A stretch of 63,506 nucleotides of DNA, counting the filler, from Octopus bimaculoides (taxonomy: Eukaryota): the NCBI RefSeq assembly GCF_001194135.2. It is 5 parts of 5 records of this genome, joined end to end, with 100 filler letters (N's around TTAATTAATTAA, not from the genome) between each part and the next. Parts side by side here need not be neighbours in the genome. Positions count along the whole stretch, not along the records: positions 51,725 to 62,335 come from NC_068982.1; positions 62,436 to 63,506 come from NC_069007.1; 3 more parts are not named here. The stretch is one strand, 5' to 3'. The notes under the pieces were generated by a model. The model saw only the letters and a list, made by a program, of their open reading frames with translations, searched no databases and was not told the DNA's origin. Within the stretch, counting starts at the first letter, position 1. Every line of letters starts with the position of its first letter. The position numbers and the translations under genes are program-made. This document shows positions 60,921-63,506 of this stretch, in pieces.

Positions 60921-61872
60921 GGTGGAATATCAGAGTTAGGAAGCACCAAGAAGTTGGAATTTCTCTCTATTGATGGAGATTTTTCTTTTTTTTTTTCTTT
61001 TTTTTTTGTTTCATGGTGCCCTTGGAAATGATCTGGAACATCCTTTTTACAGAAAAAGAAGTTTTTNNNNNNNNNNNNNNNNNNNNNNNNNNNNNNNNNN
61101 NNNNNNNNNNNNNNNNNNNNNNNNNNNNNNNNNNNNNNNNNNNNNNNNNNNNNNNNNNNNNNNNNNNNNNNNNNNNNNNNNNNNNNNNNNNNNNNNNNNN
61201 NNNNNNNNNNNNNNNNNNNNNNNNNNNNNNNNNNNNNNNNNNNNNNNNNNNNNNNNNNNNNNNNNNNNNNNNNNNNNNNNNNNNNNNNNNNNNNNNNNNN
61301 NNNNNNNNNNNNNNNNNNNNNNNNNNNNNNNNNNNNNNNNNNNNNNNNNNNNNNNNNNNNNNNNNNNNNNNNNNNNNNNNNNNNNNNNNNNNNNNNNNNN
61401 NNNNNNNNNNNNNNNNNNNNNNNNNNNNNNNNNNNNNNNNNNNNNNNNNNNNNNNNNNNNNNNNNNNNNNNNNNNNNNNNNNNNNNNNNNNNNNNNNNNN
61501 NNNNNNNNNNNNNNNNNNNNNNNNNNNNNNNNNNNNNNNNNNNNNNNNNNNNNNNNNNNNNNNNNNNNNNNAAATGTTCATTAAATCCCACACCTTTTCA
61601 TCTGGAAATATGTACTTGTTTCTTACCAAAAAGGCTTCTATTGTTTTTAAATGTGTAAGTCTCAAAGAAATCTTCATGTTAAGTGCTCACAAAGTTAACC
61701 AAAATTGGTCCGGAGAGTAGAGGATGGGGTGGGTAGGGGTGACAAAAAATCCAATTTTTTGAGAATTTTTTTTCTGAAAATGATGCCCCAGATCATTTTC
61801 AAGGGCACTGTGAAAAAAAAAATCTGAAAAATCCCCATCAAAATGGAGAAATTCCTAACTCTGACATCCGCC
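60921..61872. mobile_element. long-TIR fold-back DNA transposon derivative with 8-bp TSD (Merlin-like)
   Basis: GGTGGAATATCAGAGTTAGGAA... and ...TTCCTAACTCTGACATCCGCC are inverted over about 140 bp; flanks TATATTCT / TATAATCT; the middle is mostly gap. Confidence 0.7.
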
Positions 61873-62379
61873 TATAATCTACTGTTAAGCATCATAAAAA
61901 CATCTTTAGACTTCATAAATCACAGTTTCCTGATGTTTTCGTGTCCATGTTGACTACTCAGCTGAGGGTAGAATTATTGTAGAATCATCAGCAGAGTTCT
62001 TGACATTCAATGCATATAACTGAAGTCATTGATATGTGATAGATATTGATGCAAAGAAGTTTGGTACAACTTTTTATAACTATGAGCAAGCACTGCTTTA
62101 ATAAAATTATTTAATCTTCATTGATATATGTTAAGTGGTGCATATTCTCTGAGTATCATTCCAACTGTTAATATCATTCTATTCTGTATATTAAATAGGG
62201 CAGTATTGGCTAATGGAGAAACAAAAGAACCATTAGAGATGTCTTTTGTTTCCTTTAGTAATATTTATTCATCTTTATTTAACTCTTTATCTTTCAGATT
62301 CTGCTGTCAAATGATACACTTATTTATTCACATTANNNNNNNNNNNNNNNNNNNNNNNNNNNNNNNNNNNNNNNNNNNN

Positions 62380-62391
62380 TTAATTAATTAA
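62380..62391. other. artificial contig-join linker
   Basis: 44N-TTAATTAATTAA-44N. Confidence 0.95.
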
Positions 62392-62435
62392 NNNNNNNNN
62401 NNNNNNNNNNNNNNNNNNNNNNNNNNNNNNNNNNN

Positions 62436-62479
<44 letters not shown>

Positions 62480-62984
62480 TGTATGTATGTATGTATATAT
62501 GCATGTATGTATGTATGTATTTGTGTAAGCCGTTGACGATACATGAAAATTTAATCTATACGTTTTGTAATTAACTCGCCATATTTTTGCGTGTCACTAA
62601 CAGTTACCGTCATGTTTTTTTTTTGCCTTTCCGTCTCCCAATTAATTACATGTCATCAAAGCAGAAAAAATCATTATAAACATTTTTCGAATTAATTATC
62701 TAGTTTAATGACACAAAGCCCCTTAGGTTGTTTCCTAAAGGTCTCTTTTTTCTTTATTCTTTTCATTTTTTTAATTATGAAAATTACCTCCGGATAAAAA
62801 TATACCTAATTCATTTTCCACTCTGCTAGAACATACTTCCCACTCCGTAGCTGAAGTTTAGATAACATTCTACTGATGAGACCCAACCAACTGAAACATG
62901 CGTGTAAGGTTATACGGTCCCTGCAGAGAATACCGCGCTGCTCTTTGTGTGAGATGGGATTTAGCTAGCCCGAGTTAATATTGG

Positions 62985-63142
62985 TTTGAAATGTTAACCC
63001 AAGACCAGCAGTTTCGGGTTAGGGAGTAAGTCGGTTGCATCGAGCCGAGTACTCGAGTGGTACTTATTTTATCGTCCCCAGAATGATTAAAAGCAATGTC
63101 CACCTCGGTGGAATTTGTACCCAGAATGTAAAGACGAACGCT
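62985..63142 (-). mobile_element. SINE (family A), 5'-truncated
   Basis: GGTACTTATTTTATCGTCCCCAGAATGATTAAAAGCAATGTCCACCTCGGTGGAATTTG matches the reverse complement of the family. Confidence 0.8.
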
Positions 63143-63159
63143 AAGATATATTTTTCATG

Positions 63160-63302
63160 AACTCACTCGTTGTTAAACGACGAGTGAAAGTGTGTTACGT
63201 ATCATATATCGAAAGTGTTGCGGAGTAACGTGAAATGAAGAGTTTTTTCTAAGAAGCACAACGCACCGACCGGTCTGGTAACTGAAAGCACGATCTCACG
63301 GA
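63160..63302 (-). mobile_element. SINE (family B variant) fragment
   Basis: GTAACGTGAAATGAAGAGTTTTTTCTAAGAAGCACAACGCACC matches 42856-42897. Confidence 0.7.
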
Positions 63303-63308
63303 GGTGAC

Positions 63309-63328
63309 ATAGATAGATAGATAGAGAG

Positions 63329-63383
<55 letters not shown>

Positions 63384-63406
63384 CAGAGAGAGACAGACAG
63401 ACAGAC

Positions 63407-63449
<43 letters not shown>

Positions 63450-63460
63450 CAGATAGATAC
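63309..63460. repeat. (AGAT)/(AG)/(AGAC) compound microsatellite
   Basis: Directly visible. Confidence 0.96.
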
Positions 63461-63506
63461 ATTTCTTTTATTAGCCACACAGGGCTCAACGAAGATGGGA
63501 CAAATA
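63461..63506 (-). mobile_element. 3' terminus of a Tx1-like LINE, running off the window
   Basis: TTTCTTTTATTAGCCACACAGGGC resembles the termini at 3471 (TTTCTTTATTGGCCACAA) and 24812 (TTTCTTTATTGGCCACAAGGGC). Confidence 0.6.

Overview
AT-rich, gap-ridden eukaryotic scaffold window, mostly intronic or intergenic. It is dominated by microsatellites and decayed transposons. The repeat landscape (tRNA-headed SINEs, Tx1-, RTE-, R4/Dong- and Penelope-like retroelements, mariner/Tc1 remnants, MITEs) resembles what I recall of octopus genomes; that assignment is inference. Nearly all ORFs in the supplied track are artefacts of microsatellites or N-runs. Host-gene signal is limited to spliced-exon candidates. 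The strongest is a + strand array of small, symmetric phase-1 exons (52467-59336) encoding a Glu/Lys/Ala/Pro-rich polypeptide. Their flanking introns are mutually homologous, and decayed sister copies follow, which points to a gene growing by tandem exon-intron duplication. Other notable items: an internally deleted Tx1-like element whose Ser/Asn-rich frame runs into the ORF2 C-terminus; several minimal hammerhead-ribozyme-like motifs in Penelope-type sequence; two long fold-back hairpins; Merlin-like and Helentron-like insertions with empty-site paralogues inside the window; and a phase-compatible minus-strand exon pair. Four 44N-TTAATTAATTAA-44N linkers mark artificial contig joins, so continuity across them is unproven. 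All alignments and translations were done by eye; no database searches were run.
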